DNA of 64,000 nt. Source: Ignavibacteriota bacterium. GTDB taxonomy: Bacteria; Bacteroidota; Ignavibacteria; Ignavibacteriales; Melioribacteraceae. The notes beneath the pieces are model-generated. The model searched no databases. It was not told the DNA's origin and saw nothing but the letters and a program-made list of their open reading frames with translations. A program made the translations under genes and the position numbers. This document shows positions 56,757 through 64,000 of this stretch, piece after piece. Where the stretch lies: contig JADJGF010000001.1 in NCBI GenBank assembly GCA_016708125.1, positions 3,465,902 to 3,529,901 of the forward strand, written 5' to 3'. The first letter of the stretch is position 1. Every line of letters begins with the position of its first letter.

Positions 56757-57666
56757 GTTTATTTATATAATCAATTATAATTCCATATCTTAAACCTCTT
56801 CCGCTAACATAAATTATATCAAGGTTTTTCATTTTCATTATTGATTCAAGAATTAAAATTCCGGCAAATAAAACATCTTCTCTTCCTTTAACAACATTGC
56901 CAAAATTTGTTAACATTTCATTCGGCTGAATGTTTATAATTTTATTTTTCAATTTTAATATTTCAGAAAAATTTAAATGCGAATTTTCTACTTTTTTTTC
57001 ATCATAATCTCTAAGATTTTGTTTGATACATGATAAAGTTGTTGGAGTTCCGGCAACAGCAATCGTAGTTAATTTTTGCGGAATATTAAAATATATTTTT
57101 TCAAATAACTGATGTAAAAATAATTCCGCTTCTTTTATATTAGTTTCTTCAATAGGTCTATTCTTGAAGTATTTTTCTGTTAAACTTACAACTCCGGTTT
57201 GAAAACTATGCTTAAAAATTATATTGTTTGATTTCCCATAAATTATTTCCGTACTTCCGCCGCCAATATCAATTACCATTTTTTCTTCAGCTTTTGGCAT
57301 TGATGATGATGCTCCCAAATATGAAAATTCAGCTTCAGTATTTCCATCAATAATTTCAATTTCCAAATCAAGTTTTGATTTTACCAAAGTACAAATTTCA
57401 TCAGAATTAGAAGCAATTCTCATAGCATTTGTTGCTTTTAACAAAACTTTTTCGCACCTGTATTCAATAATTTTATTTTTATATAAAGTTAATATTTCAA
57501 GTAAATGATTTATTCTATCATGTTGAATTTCTTTTCCCGGAAGCAAACCTTTTCCCAATCGAGGTGAATTGTATAAATTTATCAGCGGAAAAAGATTATT
57601 ATTTTCAACTTTTGCTATTAGTAATAAAACTGTATTTGATCCTATATCAATACTTGCAATGTTCAT
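56746..57666 (-). CDS. Ppx/GppA-family phosphatase (exopolyphosphatase-like)
   Basis: MNIASIDIGSNTVLLLIA, IDIGGGSTEI, AGTPTTL. The alternative TTG start at 57675 adds 3 aa. Confidence 0.8.
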   Translation of the reverse strand: MNIASIDIGSNTVLLLIAKVENNNLFPLINLYNSPRLGKGLLPGKEIQHDRINHLLEILTLYKNKIIEYRCEKVLLKATNAMRIASNSDEICTLVKSKLDLEIEIIDGNTEAEFSYLGASSSMPKAEEKMVIDIGGGSTEIIYGKSNNIIFKHSFQTGVVSLTEKYFKNRPIEETNIKEAELFLHQLFEKIYFNIPQKLTTIAVAGTPTTLSCIKQNLRDYDEKKVENSHLNFSEILKLKNKIINIQPNEMLTNFGNVVKGREDVLFAGILILESIMKMKNLDIIYVSGRGLRYGIIIDYINKLKK

Positions 57667-57748
57667 AATTTCCAAGTTTTAATTGAGTTAAAGAATTGTT
57701 ATTTTCAAATTATAAATTTAATTTCACTCTAAATATAAAACTTCAAAA

Positions 57749-58021
57749 ATGAAAATTAAAGAAAAAGAATTTGAAGAAGTGCTTGAAGACTTAAAATCAG
57801 TTGCTGCACAAATGGGAGCAAAAGTTAGATTTGAAAGAGGAGACTTTAAAGGCGGATATTGTATTGTGAAAGAAAGTAAAATTATTGTTTTAAATAGACT
57901 CTCGACAACTCAAAGAAAAGTTATTACACTTTCTGCAGCATTAAAAGAATTAGGTATTGATGATATTTATTTACCTCCAAAATTAAGAGAAATTATCGAA
58001 GAAATGGATGAAACGAAATGA
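57749..58021 (+). CDS. Hypothetical small protein, translationally coupled to aroQ
   Basis: ATGA overlap with the aroQ start. No motif. Confidence 0.5.
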   Translation: MKIKEKEFEEVLEDLKSVAAQMGAKVRFERGDFKGGYCIVKESKIIVLNRLSTTQRKVITLSAALKELGIDDIYLPPKLREIIEEMDETK

Positions 58022-58449
58022 AGATAATAATAATAAATGGTCCTAATTTAAATTTACTTGGAAAAAGGGATGAATCGCAATATGGAAATTTAACTCTTGA
58101 AAAAATTGAAGAAATAATAAAATTAGAATTTCCAGAGGATGAATTCGAATTTTTTCAAAGTAATTTAGAAGGTGAAATTGTTGATAAATTGCAAAATGCC
58201 TCAAAAAATTTTGAAGGAATTTTAATAAATCCCGGAGGATATACTCATACTTCAGTTGCAATTAGAGATGCTCTTGAAATTGTAAAAATTCCCAAAATTG
58301 AAGTACACCTTTCAAATGTTTCATCAAGAGAAGATTTTAGAAAAGTAATGATAACTACTCCATGCACAAATGGATACATTTCTGGATTTAAAGAAAAAAG
58401 TTATTTAGCCGGAATATATCTTTTAAAGAAAATTCATTCTGAAAAATAA
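58018..58449 (+). CDS. aroQ: Type II 3-dehydroquinate dehydratase
   Basis: IIIINGPNLNLLGKRDESQYG, INPGGYTHTSVAIRDA, EVHLSNV. Confidence 0.95.
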   Translation: MKIIIINGPNLNLLGKRDESQYGNLTLEKIEEIIKLEFPEDEFEFFQSNLEGEIVDKLQNASKNFEGILINPGGYTHTSVAIRDALEIVKIPKIEVHLSNVSSREDFRKVMITTPCTNGYISGFKEKSYLAGIYLLKKIHSEK

Positions 58450-58655
58450 TTTCATCTCCATGCTCCCACATATTTAGCAAGCAAAATCTTTCAGATACGA
58501 ATTATTGTATCGTTATACATATTCTTGGTGCTAAATAAATTTATGAATTTATTCGAATATAATTGCATAAATATTTTAATTCAATTTCATGCTAATTAAG
58601 CATTAGCTTGATTTTCTTGCAATCTATTTAAATTATACATATAACGATTGTTTCA

Positions 58656-58694
58656 AGCAAAAGTTTAGAATAAATTCTAAACTTGCTATTTTTT
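58656..58694 (+). terminator. Terminator-like hairpin in the aroQ-merR intergenic region
   Basis: AGCAAAAGTTTAGAAT / ATTCTAAACTTGCT stem (2-nt bulge) followed by ATTTTTT. It lies >200 nt from the aroQ stop. Confidence 0.4.
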
Positions 58695-58737
58695 AACACT
58701 TTATATATTTTAGCTAAAGTATAAATCGAGGAATTGT

Positions 58738-59130
58738 ATGAAAGATTTTGGATTAAAAAAATTGTATTACTCAATCTCAGAAGTAAGTAAATTAACCGAT
58801 TTGGAGCAATATATTTTACGATATTGGGAAACAGAGTTTGAACAATTAAAACCATCCAAAAATAGAGCTGGAAATCGAATTTATACTAATAAAGATATAA
58901 AAATGATTTTACTCATAAAGCATCTATTACGTGAAGAGAAATATACAATTGAAGGTGCAAAGAAAATTTTAAGTGATCCAAACGAACTAAATAAAATAAG
59001 TTCGGAAAATAGAAATACTTCAATACAAAAAGTTGCAACTCCAGAACAAAATTTTCAAGAACAACGCGATATTAAAAGAGACCTTGAAGATTTAAAGAAC
59101 TTTTTAGTAGATTTACGTTCAAAGATATAA
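58738..59130 (+). CDS. MerR-family transcriptional regulator
   Basis: YYSISEVSKLTDLEQYILRYWETEFEQLKPSKNRAGNRIYTNKDI is a MerR HTH pattern. Confidence 0.8.
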   Translation: MKDFGLKKLYYSISEVSKLTDLEQYILRYWETEFEQLKPSKNRAGNRIYTNKDIKMILLIKHLLREEKYTIEGAKKILSDPNELNKISSENRNTSIQKVATPEQNFQEQRDIKRDLEDLKNFLVDLRSKI

Positions 59131-59134
59131 TTCT

Positions 59135-59178
59135 CGGAACGTAGCGCAGCCCGGTAGCGTACTTGAATGGGGTTCAAG
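59135..59178 (+). pseudogene. 5' half of a tRNA-Pro(GGG) gene (acceptor 5' strand, D arm, anticodon arm); no T arm or 3' acceptor strand
   Basis: CGGAACG-TA-GCGC-AGCCCGGTA-GCGT-A-CTTGA-ATGGGGT-TCAAG. The sequence after 59178 cannot form a T arm, and no CGTTCCG complement follows. Confidence 0.65.
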
Positions 59179-59306
59179 TAGTAAGACTGATTTTATTGCG
59201 TTTATTAACTAAAAACCAAATAAATAATAGAAATAAAACTCATTGTTGCAAAATTGTTGCAATAATAATTTTGAAAATGCATAGCAATGGTAGAATTTTT
59301 GGTTAG

Positions 59307-59876
59307 TTAATAAATTGTGCCAGAGCGAATGTCGGTACGAACAAGCAACATTTTAAGGTTATTTATAGCAGATTTATAATGTTGAGAAATTAAACTTTCA
59401 GTTACACCGCAGCTTTCAGCAATAAAATTATTATTCATTCCTTGAAGTTTACATCCTAAAATTATTTGCTCTGTCCGTGGAAGTTTTGGAAATTGATCAA
59501 GCATAAGATTTATAATTTCAGTGTTCTCAATATTCAATAAAAAATTATCCTTTTCATTATGCTCCAATTGCTCCGGTTCATATCCGAAATTGATTTTTAT
59601 TTTTCTGATTTCATCAAGTATTCTGAATCTTATTATCTTCATTAAATAAGTTGTAAATTTAATTTTATTATTAACATCAAAATCAACGTTAATGCAGTTT
59701 AACAAAACTGTATTAGCTATTGAAATCTGAGAATCATAATCAATTAAATTTTTTGGAATTCCTTGAATTGCTTTGTGTAGTAAAAGTTGATGATTTTTAA
59801 CTAAAACATCTAAGGCTTTCTTACTGTTAGTTTTCCGGTAAAACTTTATGAGTTTTTTAGTATTGAGATCTTCCAT
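59307..59876 (-). CDS. Sigma-70-family (ECF-like) RNA polymerase sigma factor
   Basis: Region-2-like YLMKIIRFRILDEIRK. Region-4 HTH LPRTEQIILGCKLQGMNNNFIAESCGVTESLISQHYKSAINNLK. Confidence 0.65.
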   Translation of the reverse strand: MEDLNTKKLIKFYRKTNSKKALDVLVKNHQLLLHKAIQGIPKNLIDYDSQISIANTVLLNCINVDFDVNNKIKFTTYLMKIIRFRILDEIRKIKINFGYEPEQLEHNEKDNFLLNIENTEIINLMLDQFPKLPRTEQIILGCKLQGMNNNFIAESCGVTESLISQHYKSAINNLKMLLVRTDIRSGTIY

Positions 59877-59886
59877 AGAAAAATAA

Positions 59887-59907
59887 AGTACGTACTAAGT
59901 ACGTACT
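59887..59907. promoter_or_regulatory. Two tandem copies of the 10-bp palindrome AGTACGTACT separated by one A
   Basis: aAGTACGTACTaAGTACGTACTttt, between the ATPase gene stop and the sigma gene start. Confidence 0.6.
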
Positions 59908-59922
59908 TTTTTGATATGCAAT

Positions 59923-61035
59923 TTAATTATTGAAAAACATCATTTCATTATGATTATTTATAAATTCAATAATATTTTCCGGCTGTACTTCTTTTAATTC
60001 TTTGAAAAGACTTTCTAAATCTTCACGTTTAAAAGATAAATCATTATATGGCATTTTTTCAATTTCAGTTTTAGAAGTTGTACCGAATATTTTTTTAATG
60101 ATGTTTGTTTTAATCATAATATCTTCTTTACTCCTTGGACTTCCTAATCCATTCAATTCAAAAACTGCTTCTATTTTTTCGATTTCAATTTTTCTTTTAA
60201 GATCTTTTTCATAATATTCACGATCAGAAGGAATAGAATTTTTATTTGTTTCTGCTGCAACTTCTCCGGTCGGCAATCCTTGAATAAAATTTATTATTGG
60301 TTTGAAATCTTTGAAAGTAGGGAAGGAAAATATTTTACCATTTATTGAATCTGATCTATCTTTCAAAACATATCCAAAAATTTCTTTTGTAGGTTTACCT
60401 TCCTTATTATAAATATCGTTTGAATTCATCCAGACATTAAGATCAGTTTCATAGGGAGTTTCTCCGGCAATTTTCATTTTAAATCCGGATTTAACAAAAG
60501 AACCTTTTTCTGTTACAACTCCGTTTTCATCTTTTGTATCTTCTTCTTTTTCATATTCAAATCCTCCTCTTCCGGTAAAAACGATATTACCTTCTGACTG
60601 AACAAATTTTTCTGAGAATTCCTCGTTCCAAAGTGGAAGGATTTTACCCCAGTCTAGAAGTGTCATAAAATTTTTTTTATTTCTAACGCGATAATCTTTA
60701 ATATATCTGTAATAAATTTTAGTTAGTGAATCGATAAAGAGAAAATCAATTTCTTTTTTCTGCAAAAAGTTGAAAGCTTCTTGAACATCTTTTAAAGATG
60801 TTGTTTCTTTTGCGATTGCTTCAATTTTATTTTTCTTAAATAAGTTGATTAAAAAACGTGATCCCTTTTCATTATCCAAAATAAGAATTGGTTTTGTTAA
60901 TTTCATTTGTTTGTAAGTTCCGGTTATAAATTCAAAAGCGGTTCTGGTTTTTCCAGAACCTTGAAAGCCGCCAAAACTTGCTTTAATGAAATGATCTTTA
61001 CTAATTAACGGTTTTGCAAAATCTGATAAGTTCAT
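59923..61035 (-). CDS. AAA_24-type (Sak4-like, RecA-fold) ATPase with C-terminal extension
   Basis: Walker A GGFQGSGKTRTA, PILILDNEKG, Walker B FLFIDSLTK. GGAG RBS upstream. Confidence 0.65.
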   Translation of the reverse strand: MNLSDFAKPLISKDHFIKASFGGFQGSGKTRTAFEFITGTYKQMKLTKPILILDNEKGSRFLINLFKKNKIEAIAKETTSLKDVQEAFNFLQKKEIDFLFIDSLTKIYYRYIKDYRVRNKKNFMTLLDWGKILPLWNEEFSEKFVQSEGNIVFTGRGGFEYEKEEDTKDENGVVTEKGSFVKSGFKMKIAGETPYETDLNVWMNSNDIYNKEGKPTKEIFGYVLKDRSDSINGKIFSFPTFKDFKPIINFIQGLPTGEVAAETNKNSIPSDREYYEKDLKRKIEIEKIEAVFELNGLGSPRSKEDIMIKTNIIKKIFGTTSKTEIEKMPYNDLSFKREDLESLFKELKEVQPENIIEFINNHNEMMFFNN

Positions 61036-61071
61036 TTTACAATACTCCTTTATTTTCTAAGTTGACTAAGT

Positions 61072-61272
61072 TTACATTAATTTCATCAATATTTTTTCTG
61101 CAATTTCGACAATTTTTGAAGCTGGTCTATATTTAGAATTTAAGTAGAAGTTATTAGAATAAAATTCTAATTCTTCCGCATAAAGTTTAATTACTCTAAA
61201 ATGTTTTTGAATTTCAGTTAAAGCAGCGCTAATATTTTGAGCATCCATTTTTTTAACTCCTATTTTTATCAA
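61072..61272 (-). CDS. Hypothetical protein
   Basis: ORF only. Confidence 0.35.
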   Translation of the reverse strand: MIKIGVKKMDAQNISAALTEIQKHFRVIKLYAEELEFYSNNFYLNSKYRPASKIVEIAEKILMKLM

Positions 61273-61558
61273 AGTAATTTATTATTCTATTTTGATTATT
61301 GATTCTTTCATTTGCTTCCATAACATCAAAAATCAATTCACTGATTTTAAATTCACATTCTGCAAAAAGAGAATTATATAGAAATGTAAAATCTAATTTC
61401 CCAAATTTTTTAATTGATGCGTTTTTAATTTCTGCTTGAATTGATCTTAAAATCAAGTTTGCTTTTTCATCCGCTTGAATCTCTTCCGGAATTTCTTCCG
61501 GCGTTAGTAAATCTTCTAATGGATTAAAATAATTTCTTGGGTAAATGTTAGTTTTCAT
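61253..61558 (-). CDS. Hypothetical protein
   Basis: ORF only. Overlaps its neighbours. Confidence 0.4.
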   Translation of the reverse strand: MKTNIYPRNYFNPLEDLLTPEEIPEEIQADEKANLILRSIQAEIKNASIKKFGKLDFTFLYNSLFAECEFKISELIFDVMEANERINNQNRIINYFDKNRS

Positions 61559-61937
61559 TTTCTTTTATCTCCTCAGTTTGAGAAATATCAAAAACAACTG
61601 CACTAAAAAAATTGCTTGGTTCTTCAGCTTCTTCACCTTCATTTTTCTTTTTATCAACTCCAACCGGATATAAAATAACTGCTCCGTGTTCACCTTTTTT
61701 TACTTGTCTGCCGTGCTCCTTCCATTGATGAAAGCCGCCGCAAATAGTTGGAATTATATTTTGGAATCTAAATTGCAAAGCGATTAACATTTGGTTTCTA
61801 CCGGAATAAACTCTTCCTTCAATTGATGAAATTATTCTGCAGGATAACTCCAATTTTTCATCATCCGAAAGAGAATTTAATTTTTGAACTAAAATTTTTG
61901 TTTTTTCTTTTCTTGTTAATTTTTCCGTTGTTTCCAT
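61548..61937 (-). CDS. ArdC-like N-terminal (DUF1738) ssDNA-binding domain protein
   Basis: YSGRNQMLIALQ ... GGFHQWKEHGRQVKKGEHGAVILYPV matches the ArdC N-domain pattern. No metalloprotease domain. Confidence 0.6.
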   Translation of the reverse strand: METTEKLTRKEKTKILVQKLNSLSDDEKLELSCRIISSIEGRVYSGRNQMLIALQFRFQNIIPTICGGFHQWKEHGRQVKKGEHGAVILYPVGVDKKKNEGEEAEEPSNFFSAVVFDISQTEEIKENEN

Positions 61938-62017
61938 TATTGAACCTCTTTTAATTTATTGTTGATGTCTTGAATAAGTTTTAGGATTTCGTCAAGTTGT
62001 TTTAAAATTTCTTCCAT
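61937..62017 (-). CDS. Possible 26-aa ORF coupled (TAATG) to the ArdC-like gene; not in the track
   Basis: MEEILKQLDEILKLIQDINNKLKEVQ. Confidence 0.25.
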   Translation of the reverse strand: MEEILKQLDEILKLIQDINNKLKEVQ

Positions 62018-62026
62018 TGGTTTGCC

Positions 62027-62347
62027 TTAGAAATAATTGATAAAATGCATTTGTTTTTTGCTGAATTGCTTAAAAGATTTAAGAAATTTCTTTTCTATTT
62101 TTTGCGGAATTGATAAAAAAATAACTGCGTAAGATTTGCCTTTATAATTAAGTGTTGTTTGAAAATATTCTGTTGAATTATGGTTTATGCGTAACCATTG
62201 AAAGAAAAAATTATTACAATGCTCCGGATTGAAAAAGAATACAAGCTGCCCTAAAAAACCATTTAATACATTATTGAGAGGTTTGCCGCCGATGTAAGAA
62301 CAATTGTATTTAAAAGCAAAAGATGAAATTTGATTTATGGTGTACAT
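62027..62347 (-). CDS. Hypothetical protein
   Basis: ORF only. Confidence 0.4.
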   Translation of the reverse strand: MYTINQISSFAFKYNCSYIGGKPLNNVLNGFLGQLVFFFNPEHCNNFFFQWLRINHNSTEYFQTTLNYKGKSYAVIFLSIPQKIEKKFLKSFKQFSKKQMHFINYF

Positions 62348-62358
62348 TAAAGAACCTC

Positions 62359-62568
62359 TTAAAATAATTTTAACTGATTTGGTTGTTTTGTTAGTTTTTT
62401 GCCTAAAAGAGAAAAATATTTTTCTTGTGCTGTTGATAAATTTTTGTAAGAAAAACTATGATGTTTACCGGATGACAAATAAATATTTATATGATAACTA
62501 CCTTTAAAAAAAGTAAGCCTATAAAGGATGTTGTTTTTTTTGACTTGCTGTATGACCACGACCACCAC
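62359..62568 (-). CDS. Hypothetical protein
   Basis: ORF only. GTG start is uncertain. Confidence 0.35.
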   Translation of the reverse strand: MVVVVIQQVKKNNILYRLTFFKGSYHINIYLSSGKHHSFSYKNLSTAQEKYFSLLGKKLTKQPNQLKLF

Positions 62569-62625
62569 CTAATAAAAAAGAAAAAATGAAAAAGAAAAAA
62601 ACTGTAAAATGACTTTTGTGAAGTG

Positions 62626-62661
62626 CGGAGAAAAAGCAAGGGCGGGCTGATATTTGCCCGC
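62626..62661 (-). terminator. GC-rich hairpin plus U-run on the minus strand (intrinsic terminator candidate)
   Basis: On the minus strand: GCGGGC-AAATATCA-GCCCGC, then CCTTGCTTTTTCTCC. It is the only strongly GC-rich stem in this AT-rich region. Confidence 0.55.
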
Positions 62662-62791
62662 TATGTACACCCTTGACTTTTTTGAGCAACGGAACATATT
62701 TTGCCACAGTTTTTTTCTTCATTTTTTATTTTTTGGTAAAATGATTATGATAAAAGAAAAGTTATTTAACGAAGTTATATAACTGATACTT

Positions 62792-63137
62792 GGGCGTGAG
62801 GAACGAGTGACCGGAATAATAAAAACAAAAAAAATACTTTATGAATGAATGATGGAGCGATTGACGAGGTTCGAGGATTGAGCGACTGAATGAAAGAATA
62901 ATGTATTATAAAAGCTAAACAAAGTTCCACGAACGAAGTGAGGTTGAAAGTTAAATAGTATTGAGGGACGAAATCCGAAGGTAAGGAGCGAAATATTATT
63001 TTTAAGTTTTGAGCTGAACAATTTTTATTAACACTATGGATTAATATTACTTAATAAAATTTGTGAAGTGTTTGTTTGATTTAACGAAAGGACGAAGTAT
63101 AAAAAAACTTGGTAGTGACGAGATGTCGGATACCAAG
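62792..63137. repeat. Noncoding block with clustered purine-CGA motifs (GAGCGA/GACGAA/GAACGA), all on the + strand
   Basis: At least 12 R-R-CGA-R occurrences in GC-richer patches at 62792-62814, 62851-62892, 62927-62950, 62963-62994 and 63085-63098. Hairpin CTTGGTA...TACCAAG at 63108-63137. Confidence 0.7.
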
Positions 63138-63183
63138 TTTCTGCAATTAACTAAGATGGCAAATTCTTGACTGCTTTTGCAGT

Positions 63184-63963
63184 TTAAGATAATAAAACTC
63201 TGATAAGCTGGCTTGCACCAGTTGCGGCGTCTAATGCAAAACCATTAGATTCACCGGATGCGAAAGTTATTGCTTGACCACTTGCATTTGATTGAACTTT
63301 TGAACCAAGTGTTACAGCGGCACCGGAAACAACTAATGCAATGCCGGATGTCATAACCGGACCGTATTCATTTATTGAAGTATCTGCGTTTAAAACTCCA
63401 AGAGCTTTGGCACCATTTCCGCATAAAGCACCATCTAAACCAATGAATAAATTTTTTGTTCTATCTGCGGTCATTAAAACCGAAGTGATTAAAGTTGATT
63501 GTTCTGTCTGCATTTCTTTTGTCCTTAATTTATATAATAAAAATGGATCTTGTGAAAAAACATGATAATTTAAGCGAGCTAATGATTCAGCGACAACTGG
63601 ATTAGGCATACCCCAACCGTTTATTTCGGAATAATGAATAAAGTAATCCGAAGGTGATTCTGTTGCAATTACATTATAATCACCGCAGCGCATTAATAAA
63701 TCTCTGCATTGCCAAAAAGTTAGATCGGTTTTAAACATCAGCCAAAGAATTTTACCGGCAAAGTAACCGGCGGGGGTTTCAGTAAAATTTGAAATTTGAT
63801 TAACAAAAAAATCAATATTATAGCCGTGAATATTTCCTTCGGCCAATGAATTACCAAAACCAATAAACATAACATGTTGAGGTAAAGTCAATAGAATATG
63901 ATGTTGTGAAGTATTATAAGTATTTTGAATTATATTAACTGAAGGATAATAGCGACGAGACAT
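63184..63963 (-). CDS. Phage structural-like protein with DUF2190-type (head-decoration-like) C-terminal domain; N-terminus possibly outside window
   Basis: The C-terminus ALGVLNADTSINEYGPVMTSGIALVVSGAAVTLGSKVQSNASGQAITFASGESNGFALDAATGASQLIRVLL fits the DUF2190 pattern. The frame stays open from 63963 to base 63999. Confidence 0.4.
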   Translation of the reverse strand: MSRRYYPSVNIIQNTYNTSQHHILLTLPQHVMFIGFGNSLAEGNIHGYNIDFFVNQISNFTETPAGYFAGKILWLMFKTDLTFWQCRDLLMRCGDYNVIATESPSDYFIHYSEINGWGMPNPVVAESLARLNYHVFSQDPFLLYKLRTKEMQTEQSTLITSVLMTADRTKNLFIGLDGALCGNGAKALGVLNADTSINEYGPVMTSGIALVVSGAAVTLGSKVQSNASGQAITFASGESNGFALDAATGASQLIRVLLS

Positions 63964-64000
63964 ATCGAAATAATTCTGATTGAAAGAACTATAACCAGTT

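Larger units (their letters stand above)
59179..64000 (-). mobile_element. Phage-like region (partial; continues beyond window end)
   Basis: Starts at the tRNA-Pro break. All genes are on the minus strand: sigma factor, AAA_24 ATPase, ArdC-like protein, small unknown ORFs, DUF2190-like protein. Confidence 0.6.

Noticed and set aside
62519-62722. 67-aa minus-strand ORF, and the 60-aa ORF at 62839-63021
   Set aside because: The first contains the GC-rich terminator hairpin and a poly-Phe tail. The second lies in the CGA-motif block with an implausible composition. Neither has an RBS.

Overview
AT-rich bacterial chromosomal window. No rRNA operon and no CRISPR array are present. The gene content (GxxExxY, DUF5683 and DUF4373 proteins, tRNA-Leu/tig/clpP, ParAB, MacAB-TolC-type efflux) suggests an Ignavibacteria or related FCB-group organism; this is inference only. 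Most of the window is + strand housekeeping: lexA, ogt, murA, a CCA-adding enzyme, a TolC/MacA/MacB efflux operon with four permease genes, mtnA, recO, htrA, aroC, an acyl-CoA carboxyltransferase, parAB and aroQ. Three accessory patches interrupt it. (1) 8.9-11.7 kb is a decayed nest of an IS3-family and an IS256-family element that truncates a DUF72 gene. The IS256 transposase carries two copies of a perfect 16-bp palindrome, and exact removal of each copy restores the reading frame. (2) 34757-44615 is a ~9.8 kb integrase-bearing element bounded by a 21-bp direct repeat. It sits exactly at the overlap between a PfkB-family kinase gene and mtnA, and both genes stay intact. It carries a DUF4373 replication-initiator-like gene with phased internal repeats, a 19-bp iteron-like array, one tape-measure-like gene and reverse-strand membrane-protein cargo. 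No capsid or terminase gene is recognisable, so it is either a satellite-like element or a defective prophage. (3) From ~59.18 kb to the window end there is a minus-strand phage-like region (sigma factor, AAA_24 ATPase, ArdC-like protein, DUF2190-like protein) next to the 5' half of a tRNA-Pro gene. Other items worth a second look are a KaiC-like ATPase coupled to a hybrid histidine kinase with a degenerate ATP-binding domain, inverted arrays of short tandem repeats around lexA/GxxExxY/ogt, and a strand-biased CGA-rich noncoding block in the phage-like region. All functional calls come from reading motifs in the supplied translations; no database search was run.
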